64,000 nt of DNA, taken from NCBI RefSeq assembly GCF_009914755.1, contig NC_060925.1; one strand, given 5' to 3'. Position numbers and translations under genes: made by a program. Origin of the DNA: the human T2T-CHM13v2.0 reference genome, Homo sapiens. This document shows, one piece after another, positions 43,827 to 58,100 of the stretch (position 1 is the stretch's first letter; each line of letters begins with the position of its first letter). Below the pieces are notes generated by a model, which was given only the letters and a program-made list of their open reading frames with translations, searched no databases and was not told the DNA's origin.

Positions 43827-46244
43827 CTGTTTGTTTCCACTCTGGGCCTCAGTTTCAGAGTCTATAAAAGGGGAAGAACAATCCTGAACCGCCCCCCATT
43901 CCTTAAAACAAAACACATTTTTTTCTGATTATAAAAATAATACACATTCATTAAAGAAAAATTGGAAAATAATAAAATTATGAAGAAGAAAATTAAAACC
44001 ATCCATAATCCTGCCACCCAGAACAATGGTTCCCACTGGGTGTTCAGCCTTCTGCTCTTCTTACTGTATGTATAGATTTATTATCTTCTTCTCTTCCCCG
44101 CCCTCCCTCCCTTCTCTCCTTCCTTTTTTTTTTGAGTGTTGGGAACATACAGTATGGGGTCCTTTAAACCTGCTTTTGAAATCCCCCAACATGTGTGTAT
44201 GTGTGTTCTCCTGTTTTCTTAAAGCCTCCCTGATGGCAGGGGACAAGTGGCTGCTAGACAAGCCTGGTAGGGGCCAGGGTGTGGAAAGCCCATTCCCCCC
44301 CTACTCATGGACCACCATAGTTCCCTTGTGATGGGCTGTTTAGGGGGTTTCCAGATTTCTGTCAGGGAACACCCTGCGTGGATGTCTTAGCTGCATCCCT
44401 GGTTCCTTCCTTAGGACAGATTCTGGGACCGGGGTTGCTGAGACCAGTATAGACACTGAGAGGCTCCGGACACCGCCCCACATCCTCCCCACAGCTGCTC
44501 TCCAGCCCCACTCCCACCGGCAGCCTGGACTTCTCAGCTTGGCAGAAAGCCGGGGGCAGTATTCCACCTCCTCCAGAGAAAAGCCTTGTCTACACCCAAG
44601 GCCTCACTGATTCCATCCAACGCTGAAAATACCCATTTACTCAGCTATTTCTCCACGTTATGGTCTAAGGCCCAGATGCTTAGTTCCAACCAAAATAGCC
44701 ACAGAGGTCACTGTGGTCTGAGGGTCCTCTGGACCTCAGGCCTGTGTAGACATCATACTTGGTAATAATTAACCCACGGAGCTCACCACGTGCCAGACCC
44801 TCTGCGTCTCTGTGTGTCCTCACGGTAACCCTGAAGCTAGGGATGGCTGTCTCCCATCTTACAGGTGAGAACACTGAGGGTGCTCCAGAGAGCTGTGGGC
44901 CCTAGGCCTTGTCACCTGGGGGTGCAAAGGCGCTGCCCCAGTAGTCCGGCTGCCTGCTACCTGGCTGCCTGCTACCCAATGGGGCAAAGTCCCAGCACTA
45001 CCCCGAAACAAGGACAAGCTTTGGCCTAGAAGCTGGGCAGCCAGGTCCTGTGCCTGTTTTTTCTCCATATGTGCCCTGGGCAGCTCACCCTCTCCGTCTG
45101 TGAAATGGGAGAGCAGGGAGTCAGAGACAGCCTCCTAGGCCTGTGGCGGCTCTGAGCACAGTGGGTGCAGATACTCAGTGCTGAGTCAAAGAGAGAGAGA
45201 ACCCTGCCAGATGGGCCAGCTCACCACAAGCAGCCAAGCCCGGTCTTTGAGGGGTTGGAGTGGGCAGGCCTTTGACCAAGGCTGAGCTAGGAGGGACCTG
45301 ACGGCCCCAGATGGAGGCTGGCCCACCCTGCCCCAGCAGATGGGAGGCTATTTTTTAACCCCACAGGAAGAAGAGGACAGAAATGATTGCAGGGGGTTAA
45401 CCTAGGCCCCTGGGGACGCTCCCTGTTTGCATCCTCCTTTCCCCACAACCCAGAGAGCTATGTGGGCTTCACCTGGAGTTCCCTGAATCCTTCTGGAGCT
45501 CCCCGCAGATCACAGCCGGAGCTGGCAGGGCCTGAGTGGCCCCTGTCTGCCAGGCGAGGGACCCAGAGCCCAGAGAAGTTTGACCAGGACTGGCTTCCTC
45601 TGCCCTCTCTGCTGTGTGCTTCCACCAGGTGAGGCTGCCTCCTCCGCTTCTACCTTTCTTCCTGGGGTGACCTGGGGAGGCCCCACCTTCTCCCGGGCCA
45701 GTTTCCCCATCTGTCAGACAATGGGACCCTCCAGACATCACTGAGGCTTCTCCCAGCTGGGAAACCTCCTTCTGAGCTGGGGCCCTGACTCTGTCACATC
45801 AGTCCTGGATTCCTGGAGGCCTCAGCCCTCCAGAAGCATCCACCCAGTGGACAGGAGCTCGTGGCAGGTGTCTGGGGACCCCCAGGAAGAGGAAGGATTT
45901 CCTGGCCAGAGATAAGAAGAGCAGCGTGGGTAGGGGTTAAGCATCCTCCCCCTGCAGCCTCCCTCAGACCACGCCACCAGGTGGCCCTTGGTCCCCCCAA
46001 AAGGAGTTCCTGAAAAGTCTGTGTCTGTTGCAGCAGGTGCGGCCTGTGAAGTGTGTGTATGCTTGTGTGAGGGTGGTGTGTGTTCACATGCACATGGTGG
46101 GGGTGGGCACACAAGGCGGGAGGCCTAACATGGTGGCAGGGACAGACTTTGGTTGCTGAGCTGGGACAGCCTGTGACAGAGGCCCCAGCACACCCGCAGG
46201 TCTTACCAGAAACCCTCAGATGGTGCTGGTCTGACCTGAAGGTG

Positions 46245-46520
46245 GGCACATGCAGGGAAGGGGTACATGCAGGACAGGGGTGCATGTGGGGGAGGGCCAT
46301 GTACAGGGCAGGGGTGCATGTGGAGGAGGGGTACATGCAGGATGGGTGCATGTCGGGGAGGGTCATGTGCAGGACGGGGTGCATGTGGGGGGTGCGTGCA
46401 AGACAGAGGTGCATGGGAGAGAAGGGTTTGTACATGGCAGGGGTGCATTGGGGGTGCATGCAGGGCAGGTGTGCATGTGGGGGAGGGGCATATCCAGGAC
46501 AAGGGTACATGTGGGGAGGC
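46245..46520. repeat. Degenerate G-rich tandem repeat (GGGTGCATGTGGGG / GGGTACATGCAGG units, ~16-17 bp with a ~33 bp dimer)
   Basis: Seen directly. Confidence 0.8.
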
Positions 46521-47817
46521 CACAGGGCTCAAATGCTGTCAGGGCCTCTGGGAAGCTGGGACCCCAGTGAATGCTTGAGGGGAGCCAACTCTGCCTGACC
46601 TCCTCTTATGATTGTCTATTTAAACAATACTGTAAATTAATCACATTAATCGAACCCACCTCCCTGCCTCCTGCTGCTTGCCCCTGTGATACAAATAATA
46701 TGAGCACAATGAAAAATCTTGGAAAATACAGAAAACACATAAAAAATGTTAAAGCCTGAAGTCTTATAACCACAGTGAACACTGCGAGTGTCTTTGAGGG
46801 GATGGGGGTCTGCAGGTCTTCTTGATACAATCACATTCATTCCCACATACTGGAGCATTTCCCACGGGCGGCTGTGGAGCTGAGCACTTCAGGTTTGTCT
46901 TAGTGAATTCTCTAACAGCCTGAGAGGGAGGTACTGTTATTCTCCCCATTGTATGGCTGAAGAAACAGCAAAAAGGAGGTTAAATATCCCCCTCAGGGTG
47001 TAAGAAGCAGAGCCAAGATTTGAATCCAAGTCTGGCTAAATGGAAAGTGCAAATCGTCCAGCGTCCAGGGCTGCACTCCAGCCATGCCCCGCCCCCCGTG
47101 AGCAGACCACTCATTTATTCATTCCTCCAGGAGCATTTACTGAGCACCTCCTGTGACTCAGACCCTGCCCAGCACCCACACCAAGGACTTGGCGGATGTG
47201 AACGAGACAGAGAGAGGCCCCAACCTGACTCCCCAAGCGGCCACAAACTGAGTCCCAACCTTGACCACAGCTTGATTTCTAGTCCAAGTTGTCACTGACC
47301 CCCACTGGCCTTCATCACTGACTGAACTGTGACCTGGCCTCCTGCACTCTGCAGTGGCCTCTGTGAGCTTTTCATTCCCCGTGATGTGTGTGAAAGCCAA
47401 GGCCAGCAGCCCACCTCACCCAGCCTATCATCCACGCGGCCTGGGCCAGGGAGGCCGTCAGGAGCCCACCCACCACCTCTGGCCTGCCACTCTGGGCCAG
47501 GCCTCTCTGGAGCGGGGGTTTGGCCTTGGCCCTTGGCACCCTGCTTGGCAGAAGGGTGGGCCTTGGCTCAGAGCATGGGGCCACCCCAGGAGGGGTCAGC
47601 ATAGCTGAGCTCAGGGTACCTGTGGGCGGGGCTTCCATGTCCCAGGGTCCTCACACTGCAGCCTCCTCTTTTTGCCTGGGCCCTGGAACCCCAGGAGACC
47701 CCAGGAGCCGTTGCTCCCTCCTCTCACTTGCAGAAACTCAACAGGGCAGCTCATCTGAGCTCCCCCGATGCCTGCACTGTATTTCTGGGGGTCCTGCATG
47801 TCTCTCCAATCCTCAGG

Positions 47818-48298
47818 CAGGGCCAGTTACCTACTTTATAGGACCCAGTGCAAAAAGAAAATACAGGACCCCTTTTCAAAATGCAGGAACAAAAGTTTTT
47901 CCTTTCTTCTGTGGACTCTCAACCCACGGTGGTGTTTTTTATTTGCTGTTCAATGTCACACGTACTTGGACCTGGGGAGACTTGTGCAGAAAGTGCAGAC
48001 CCTCACAGATGCTCAGGGGCCACCCCAAAACTTGGTGTGCAGATTCCAACCCCTTTCTCCTCCCCATGCCTGCCTCAGTGGAGGGCGGCAGTGCAGGTAG
48101 TGGGCTGCTGAGAACCCATCCCTGGAGGCAGCAGGAGGCAGACTGGACCCGGGCCCCAAGTCCCCAGGCATGCTGCACTAGCCCATCAGGCTTCATTTAC
48201 AACACACTAATTCAGAGCGAAAATGATCCAGCATTTCAATATGGCAACTGCTGAGCGTTAAATTCAAGCACAGGAGGTGGGGGGGCCAGGTAGCCCTG
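47818..48298 (-). mobile_element. MER45-family (hAT-Tip100) element
   Basis: Starts CAGGGCCAGTTAC...GGACCCAGTGCAAAAAGAAAATACAGGACCCC, the reverse complement of the MER45 end seen at 35050-35097. The right boundary is uncertain. Confidence 0.55.
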
Positions 48299-48646
48299 GA
48301 ACATAGCAGTCTCACAGGTGGCTGGGCGTGGGGTGGATCTCTGTTCTTGGAGTAGAGGGATGTGGAGTACCTCCCTCTGCTTGGAGTATCTGGGGTACCT
48401 GGACAAGCACAGGGGGCCATGAACAGGGCCATGCCTGTGTGCCTGCCCCTCGCTCAGAAGAGGGCACCTGACGGGAATACCAGGGCATATCTGCACCATG
48501 CCCGGGCAGTAGGCCTGGGCATGACCCTGGATCAGGCAGACCTGTAGTAGGTGGAAGGGCCCCAGGAGAGCTGAGGAGCCTAGGGGAGAGGAACCCAGAG
48601 GTCCCTGCCAAAGTGCTTGATGTGCTGCCGTAAGAAGGGCAGCATA

Positions 48647-49048
<402 letters not shown>

Positions 49049-49605
49049 TCAGCTTTGGCCCTGTCCCTCTCTCTCTGTGCCTCAATTTCTCTAACTATGC
49101 ACTGAGCAAGGAGAAGACCACCACACCTCAAGTACCTTCTGCATGGGCCATACACTGAGTTTTATGAATCTCCCCTCTCTTGTTCCACAAATGATTACTG
49201 GCCCATTTCTCAGATGAGGAAACTGAAGCCCAGAGGAGGCAATGACTCACCCAGTAAGAAGGTGGTGGAGCTGGTTCTGCCTGGCTTCCCTTCACCCCTT
49301 GAGTCGCTCCAGCCTCTCTAGGTTTGGGTGGAGGACGTGGGAACCAAGCTCGTGGGGGCACCACCAGCTCTTGCCAGAAATGGGGCCAAGAGAAGACCAA
49401 GGATGCTCCTTGACCTGAGGAAACGTCCATTAATTCATAGCTACTGTGCTTTGGCGAGCCACGCAGGCTCTGGATGCAGGCTGCCTGGGTGGGTGACCTG
49501 AGCAGATGCCTTAATCTCTCTGGGGTTCAGTTTTCTCATCTGTAAAATAGGCCTCATAAGAGCTTTTGTCTTATAGGGTTGTGAGGATTAAATGAGCTAA
49601 GGTAT

Positions 49606-49710
49606 ATCACTTGAGCCTGGGAGGCAGAGACTTTAGTGAGCAAGATTATGCCACTGCACTCCAGCCTGGAAGACAGAGCCAGACCCTGTCTCAAATACAT
49701 ATATAAACAA
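49606..49710 (+). mobile_element. 5'-truncated Alu inserted in a MIR (49460-49790)
   Basis: Right-arm fragment flanked by near-identical AAATGAGC(T/A)AAGGTAT duplications. Confidence 0.8.
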
Positions 49711-50808
49711 AATGAGCAAAGGTATGGAAAACACTTAGACAGTGGCTGACATAGAGTTAAGAGCTATGTAAATGTTTACTGCTAATGGAACTATTTAAAA
49801 GTTGAGTCATAATTTATATTTTCTAGACTGTCAATTACGAATTGATTCATTTCAATGTTGTGCTTTTCCCTTTTGTATTTAGGATCCAGCAAATTTTCCT
49901 TTGAAATCTCAATACAATTTCCTAGGTCCTTGAGAAGATAATTTCCCCGCCCCCACAGTGCTTATAGCCCATGGTGGATCCAATAGCTCTCTCTAGAGCA
50001 GCTTTTCCAAAAGTGGACTTTGCACACACCAGCCCCTTCCAGATGCATCATCTCACCCCAAGAGATAACTCAATAAACAGTTGAGCATACACTATTTTAG
50101 ATCTCCATGGCCCAACAAGGTAGCCATTAGCATATCAAAGACTCTGACAAGTCCTGCAGCAAAACACCATTGAACATTGTTTGAAACAACCAATCCCAAT
50201 CTTGTTTGACCACAGAGTTCCATTATTTCTGCTCAACAGCTGATAACATCTGAACACACGTTGGGAGATGCCACCCTCATTTCCTGCTTTCTAGGAAATG
50301 GCAAGGGGAGTCAGAGCTGTGAGGAACACCCTCTCGCAGGGATGAGTGCCTCCACCTCTACAGAAATCATCTCCAGTCATGTGCACCATCGCTAGGCCAT
50401 TCCTCCTGTTCTTACCTTCCTTGTCTGATTCAGCCCCCACAGCGGCCTGGAGAGGTCACTAGCATCAATGTCTCCATCATACAGATGAGGAAATTGAGGT
50501 TCACAAAGGTTAAGTGGGCACATAGCCAGTAAGTGGCAGATCCGGTAGACAAACCCACAGCTTCTGATTCTAAACCCCACATTCGTTCTTCTGTATGTTG
50601 ACTGGAAAAGTAAAAATAGATCCTATTCTAACAGGATCAATCTTCCCCCATCATAGGCTTTTAAAAAACTCAGGTATTTTTTTTTTCCGGTAGCATTGAA
50701 TGCTTTAAAAACTTAAAATTTTTACTATCTTTCTTTTGATTACTAAAGCAGTACGTGCTTGTTATGTATAAAACTTTTCAAACATTTTGAGTTGAAAAAT
50801 GAAAAAAA

Positions 50809-51087
50809 GGCAGGGCGCGGTGGCTCAAGCCTGCAATCCCATCACTTTGGGAGGCTGAGGCGGGCGGATCACGAGGTCAGGAGATCGAGACCATCCTGGC
50901 TAACACAGTGAAACCCCGTCTCTACTAAAAATACAAAAATTAGCCAGGCGTAGTGGCGGGCACCTGTAGTCCCAGCTACTCGAGAGGCTGAGGCAGGAGA
51001 ATGGCGTGAACCCAGGAGGCGGAGCTTGCAGTGAGTGCGATTGCGCCACTGCACGCCAGCCTGGGCGACAGAGCCAGACTCCGTCTG

Positions 51088-51125
<38 letters not shown>

Positions 51126-51142
51126 TGAAAAAAAAAAAAAAA
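50809..51142 (+). mobile_element. AluY
   Basis: Y-type diagnostic GATCGAGACCATCCTGGCTAACAC and GAATGGCGTGAACCC...GGAGCTTGCAGTGAG; target-site duplication AAAATGAAAAAAA. Confidence 0.93.
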
Positions 51143-51164
51143 CAGATCTGCATAGCCCTACAAA

Positions 51165-51376
51165 GTAGCCATTAGCTTTTAAATGAAAATACTTAAATGC
51201 TATCTAAATGAAAATAGTTAAAATGAAATAAGATAAAAAATTCAGTTCCTCAGTTACAGTAGCCACGTTTCAAGCGCTCGGGATTCACGTGCCCCTGGTG
51301 GCTACTGTGTTGGGCAGCACAGACATGGGACATTACTATCATCACAGAGAATCCTACGGGACGGTGCCGTTCTAGA
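51165..51376. mobile_element. MER3/MER33-like hAT-Charlie element
   Basis: AAATTCAGTTCCTCAGTTACAGTAGCCACGTTTCAAG...GTGGCTACTGTGTTGGGCAGCAC. Confidence 0.7.
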
Positions 51377-51405
51377 TTCTTCTTAGACATATCCTAACAC
51401 CTATA

Positions 51406-52048
<643 letters not shown>

Positions 52049-52189
52049 TAATGTTCTTACTGGTTCTAAAATCTTCAAGCTATGCTCTCACCCAAGGCTT
52101 CACTTATTATTATTTTAACACTGTGGATTCATAAAGAATGGAAGCCCACACAAGTCCAGGGAAGGAAGGAAAGGCAGACAGAGGCTTAT

Positions 52190-52352
52190 TTTCAGGCCTG
52201 GGCAGTTGCACAGGGTCCCTTGCTTAGAAGGGCCTCATGCTTGGTTTCGTGTTCTGTGGTCGCTGTCCTGAAATTCCTACTGATTTTTGAACAAGGGATC
52301 CTGTATTTTCATTTTGCACTGTGCCCTGAAAATCATGCCGCCGTCACTAGCC
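52190..52352 (+). mobile_element. MER45A-like element
   Basis: GCAGTTGCACAGGGTCCC...TTTTCATTTTGCACTGTGCCC; aligns by eye with 34922-35097. Confidence 0.7.
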
Positions 52353-55049
52353 CTGGGATTCTCCCCAGGACAGGTTTCCCTTCAGCTGCTCTAAGCCTTC
52401 GCCCTTGTCCTTGTCCAACCACGGACGTGGCCATCCACGGAGCCCTCTACGTGCCTCAGAGCAAGTGTGCTTCGGCTGCTCAGGTGTGTGTCTAGAGACT
52501 GATAAAAACAGGGCTCGTGAGTGGGTGCGGGAGGCCCCTGTGGTCTCTGTTCACACACGTACCTACCCTCAAGGCCATGTCTACACTGGCCTATTTCAGA
52601 GAACCGCCCTGTGCATCATGGGATGCTTTGCCCCACATCACGGCCCAGCTTGGTTCAGTCCTGGAGCCCTGTGTCCTGAAGCCATGACCAACCCCAGGCC
52701 TGGCCCACCTTCTTCCTCAGTCTCCTCTCCCTCAAGCCCTCCACAGGACCCATAAACCTTCCATCTCCATGTAATCCTTTTGTGTGATCCTTCTTCCATA
52801 CCTTTGCCCATGCTGTTCACTCTGCTTGTACCAGCAAGGTTCCTTCCTCCCCAGATCTGCCCTTTCTAGACCCATCTCAGATTCCACCCTTTCTAGAAAG
52901 ACTTCAGGAAGTATTTGAGAAGGGCCTGAAGATGCTGTGGTTGCATAGAGGAGGATATGAATCACCTCGCTTAGAGGTATCGGGGAGGGCTCCATGGAGG
53001 TGGTGCCCTCAGGCCAAGGAAGAGAAGATATCTTCCGGGCAGAAGGGAGAGTTTGACGGGCTGGTTTGATGTCAGACAGACCACAGGATGACTCAAGGTC
53101 CTCTTTCCTCTTCTTAAACATTAGTTGCAGCAAGTCCCACCATCTGCCTGAGTCTGTTTTCATCTCCACAATGGAGGTGGTGATGCCCAGCACACGGAGC
53201 TGTGATGAGGATTTAATGGGGAATCCAGAGCATTTATGGAAGTGCCAGGAGGCCAAGATTCTGCATAGGTAGGAAGGACCTAAGCCAGAGGGGTGTGGGT
53301 GGCCAGAGGAGAGAGCCTACCTTAGTAGGGCTTGGTAGGCTAAGGTCTGGGCTGAATCTCGAGGCTCTGGAGCTTAGAACAGCATCTGCAACTCCCTGGC
53401 TGTCGGGGTTCAGGCAAGGACTGCCTCCTCTCTGAGTGTCAGTTTCCCCATCTATAAATGGAAAGCTGGGACACTGAAAAACACTGGGGGGGAGGGTGGT
53501 TCCTGAGGCAGTCTCTCTCCACACATCACAGGAATGTGGCGCCCCAGGGAGAAGGCATCTTTGTCCATTGTGTTCACTTCTGCATCTCCAGTGCCCAGAA
53601 CAGTGCTTGCATGCAGTAGATGCTCAATAAATGTTCATTGAATGAATCAGCAGCAACCAATTCGCCCACCTCACATCCTAAGTCCGCTGGGGACGTAGGC
53701 CCACCTCTCCAGGGAAACTGTCTGCAGATTGGGACCACACCTCAGGTCACAAGCATTTCCTGAGCACCTACTGTATGCATGGCTCTGCGCAGCCCGGGGC
53801 AGACCCTTGCTCCACAGCCCGACAGGGCAGAGCCAAGGAGGCAGGTGACAGACACAGTGATTTGGGAAGAAGAACAGAGAGCAGGGTGGCCAGCAGGGCC
53901 TTGCCTGGGTGGGAGCAGGCCGTTCCCAGGCTGGAGCTCAGGCTGATGGGAGCCCCAGCTTGCCTGTTCCTGGGAGGGTGGGACTGCCTCTTCCTCTTTC
54001 TTTCTCTGAAAACAAAAATTGTTTTCCCTTAAATTTACAAGTATTAAAAGTTTGGAAAATACACAATAATCAAAAGAATATAAAATAAATGTTACCTGCC
54101 ATCATGGCGGACCACACAGTATTAACTACTATGGACTTTTCAGTGTTTCCCTCTAGTCTTTTTTCTGAGGTGGCTTTGCTCTCAGAGGTGGCTTCCTCTC
54201 CCCCTGGGAAGGGATATAGCTGCTCTATAGGAGATGTGGGGGCACCAGGCTCTCTCCATGGGCTCTTTATCACTTCTGACTTGGAGGTCCTTTCTCCACC
54301 CCTCCTGGACCTAGCACCTCTTCCCGAGACACAGGGGTGCGAAGAGCTGGGGGAGGTACATCAGCAGGCCTCCCCTCCTGCCCCTGCTTACCCCATGGAG
54401 GTGGGGTGGGACAGAACTCAGGCTTGAGGAAGGAGCACTGGAGGCCAAGCCACAGGTGCTGGTCCTCAGCCCTGGTGCCCAGGCAAGTTGGGTTTGGGAA
54501 TAGGGGCCTGACCAAAATGGACCCCTCCTTTCCTCCCCACCCCTTTCCACTCCATCCGCCTTTCCCTTTGCGTTCTCCAAGCGTTCCGTGCCCCAGATGC
54601 CCTCTGTTTCCTCTGCTCCAGCCTTTTAACTCCTCTCAACAAAGGCCAAGGAATCAGGCAGACTGTGGACACTCAGGTGTGCATGATGGGAAGGGACCTG
54701 CATTTACAAAAGCTCCCCCCCACAGGGACTGCATGTGCTGGTGGAATCTCAGTCACCATGTCCCACGTTGAAGGATGTTTGGAGGGGGCTGACTTTGGTC
54801 ACCCTTCAAATCATAAGTTATATGCATCTGCCCTTTCCGCCCACACGTAAGTCTGAACCTTTTGCCAAAAACACTTTTCCCAGACTCGAAAGAAAACCCC
54901 AAAGAGGAACCTAAACCTTCACGCTGCCTGCACCGATTGGACCGGAGTGCTCAGGCTCGCGCCAACAAGTGTTTCAAAGAAGAAGCCAGACAGTGAAGGG
55001 GGAAGTGAGGGAGAAGCTGGAAAACTCTCAGGCTGACCAATCGTCAGCC

Positions 55050-55109
55050 CATTCATTCGTTCATCCATCCATCCATCCATCCATCCATCCATCCATCCAT
55101 CCATCCATT
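55050..55109. repeat. (TCCA)n microsatellite
   Basis: Seen directly. Confidence 0.92.
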
Positions 55110-58100
55110 CTTTCTTTCTTTCCTCTATCCATTCAGTGAGAAGGGCTGAATATCACCTGTGAGCCTGCCCCTGCTCCCAAGAACACCCTTTGGACACCTG
55201 TGGGGTGAGTAGTGAGGGGCAGCAATGGCAGAGCACCCCCACCGCCTGGAGGGGAGAAAGGGAAGGGCTGGGAAGGCTCCCCAAGGGGGCGGCCATGAAG
55301 CTGGGCCTTGAGAAGACAGGCCAGGGTTTCTCACCTTCCACATCCTGCTTAGAGTCAGACAGAAGGCTTTTGCAGAGGAGGAGGAACATTAAATAGTAGT
55401 AATTTCTGGCATTCCATGAGGGCTTGTCTGTGCCGGGCCCTGTGCTGTGCACGTGATACACACTACCTCATTAAACCTACCCAACATGCCTTGAGGGGGT
55501 GCTATTCATTTTCTCCATTTTACAGGTAAGAAAATGAAACACAGAGAGGTGAGGCACCTCTCCCAACGCCACACAGCGAGGAAGTGGCAGAGCCTGGCTG
55601 CAGCTGAGGCTTATAGCCGCATTTTACATTGCTTTCTCTCCGAAGAGTGCCTTCCTTTATCCCTGGGAGCCATTGACAAGGGGTCTGACAGTCCCTCTAG
55701 TCTTGTGCCTGCTCAGCCCTCTCTAGCCCTGAAAAAACCAGGGCTTGGCGCTGGAGAAAGAGCAGGAGGGTGAGATGTGGAAACATCTGTTGAGTGGCAG
55801 GGGATCACGCTGGCGCAGAGGGGCCCGAGCCGATCAGGAGGCCGGCCTGTGCCAGGCCAGTGCTCCCTGTGTACCAGGTGCCACATGCGGGGCTCAGGGC
55901 AGGGCCACAGTCGCTCCTCCCAACCACCCTTTGAGGTCAGTGTTACTAGCCCATTTTACAGAGGAGGAAACTGAGACCTTAAGAGGTGAATTAACATGTC
56001 AGGTCACCCAGCTACCATGCAGTTTAAGCCTAGATTGTTCTGACTCCTAAACTGTGTGCAAGGCGGATGATTGGACCCCAGGGAGGCAAGGAAAGTCAGT
56101 TTTCCTGCTGCTGAATTCAATGTTTTACAAGACCACACACCTCTTTAGACCTCAGTTTCGTCATGTATGAAATGAGGAGGGGAACTCTCTGCCTCCGGGC
56201 TCTGATATGCTCCTGGACTGATTCACTGTTCCTTGTTCTTGTGACTTCTCAAAGCAAGACCAGAGTCCCACTCCCAGCCCTAGGCCCGAGATTCCCATCC
56301 CCACTGTGTCCAGGGGCTTCAGGAGGTGCTATTTTAGGGCAGATGGCAAAGGCCTGGGCTGTAGATCCACTGAGGGCTAAAGGCAATCTTTCTTCCCTCC
56401 ACCCCTCCCTTCCTTCCTTCCTTCTCTTTACTTCCACTAAGCAAGGTAGGGAACTACTCGCTGAGTCTCAGGGCAGGCCCACGGACTGAAGCTCAGGAGG
56501 ACAGGGCTCCCCAGTGGCTGCAGGTGTCCCAGCACTGACTCCTAGCAGAGGGGGTGTTTGGGTTCAGTCTGGAAGATTGGGTGAGATTCCCCAACTACGG
56601 GGGGTGGGGGCACACTCTGGGTGGCAGATTTGAGGAAGAGTCTGCAGATAAGGCATCCCCAGGAGATGGCAATAAGAGCTGGTGTTGGGGCTGCCCCACT
56701 GAACCCAGAGCCCAGGCCTGTTTCCCCACCCATGGAGGAGTCCGGACTGGCTCAGTGGCAAGGCCGGGGTCAGAGGCTGCCACTCTCCTCCTGCCTCTCA
56801 CAGCCCGCTGGAAGGTCAGGTTTTCAGGCTCTGCTTATCCGTCTCCCGGCCTCCTCCCTCCAGGTAACCGAGGGAGCCTCCGCTTTGATGCGGCCACCTC
56901 CAGGCCCAGGCGTCAATGAGCCCTCTATATGACCAGTGGGGCTGCTGGGGGCCTCCAGCCCGCCAGAGTGGGTGCGGTGAGGCCTGGACACACAGTCCCG
57001 CTGTGTGGGGTCGGCTCATGCCTGCCTAGACCCTGTGGGCAGTGGGGGGCTCCTAGGAATGCTTTTCCAGCCTGGGGGGCACTTTGGACAGGCAGGGTGG
57101 TCTGGGGAGACGGGTGTGTGCAGGGCAGCCTCAGAAGCCGCCATCAAAGGGACCTAGCAGACGTGGCGCCAGGCAAGCGCCATAGTGGGCACGGAAGGGC
57201 TGGCGGTCAGTCTGTTCCTCTCCCAGGGATGGCGGGGAGGGGGAGGCCCCATGGACACATGTGCTCAGGGTGACCAGCCATCAGGGGTTGCCTGGGATGA
57301 AGGGGTTTCCTGGGACGTGGAGCTTTCAGTGCTAAAACAGAGAGTCCCCTGTTATTGGAACTTCCTGGACCTTCGGAAAGGATATAGTGACTGACCTCTC
57401 TGGTCTGGGCAGCCTCCTCCCTGTCCGGTGACCTCTGAGTCAGACCATCTCGGCCAGACCTGCCCAGGGCCATTTTGTCCACCCCCTGCCTCCACACAGG
57501 CCTGCCTCATACCCAAGAGTCCACTTTCCATTTCTCCCAGGCATCTTCAGGGGAGGAGCTGCCGGCCAACTCCAACCACTGCTAGGGGGACCTCGGCCAG
57601 ACCCACACCACGCTCCCAGCCCTCCCTGTGGCTCCCGAGCCAGCTCATACTTTCCTGCTTCCACACCTTTGCCCAGGACGTTCCTTCTGCCTGGAACATC
57701 CTTTCCCTGTCTTTGTTACCTCTTTACCCTTAGGGACCCAGTTTCCAAGTCACTCCTCCAGAGGACTTGTTCTCTCTTTCCCAAGGCTGGGCTAGTACCC
57801 CTCTTTGAACTCACAGCCCTGGTTCTTCTCCCAAAAAACCTTTGTCACGCCCCAGGGCAATTTTCTGTTGACCCATCTTTTTCTACACCAGATGGTGAGC
57901 TCTTAGGATGGAGATCCTGACCCAGTTTCCCCCGGGCTCCCAGTACAAGGCCATGCTCATGGTGTTCATCAAATGGAAAATGCTTATTGAGCAACTACTC
58001 TGTGCCAGGCATCATGCTCCTTTAATTCTCTCCATAGCTCTGCAAGGTTGGTGTAACCCCTACAGATGAGGAAACCAGAGACAGAGAAGTGAAGTAACTC

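Noticed and set aside
45794-46598. His/Pro/Met/Cys-rich ORFs of 100-238 aa
   Set aside because: Translations of a degenerate tandem repeat.
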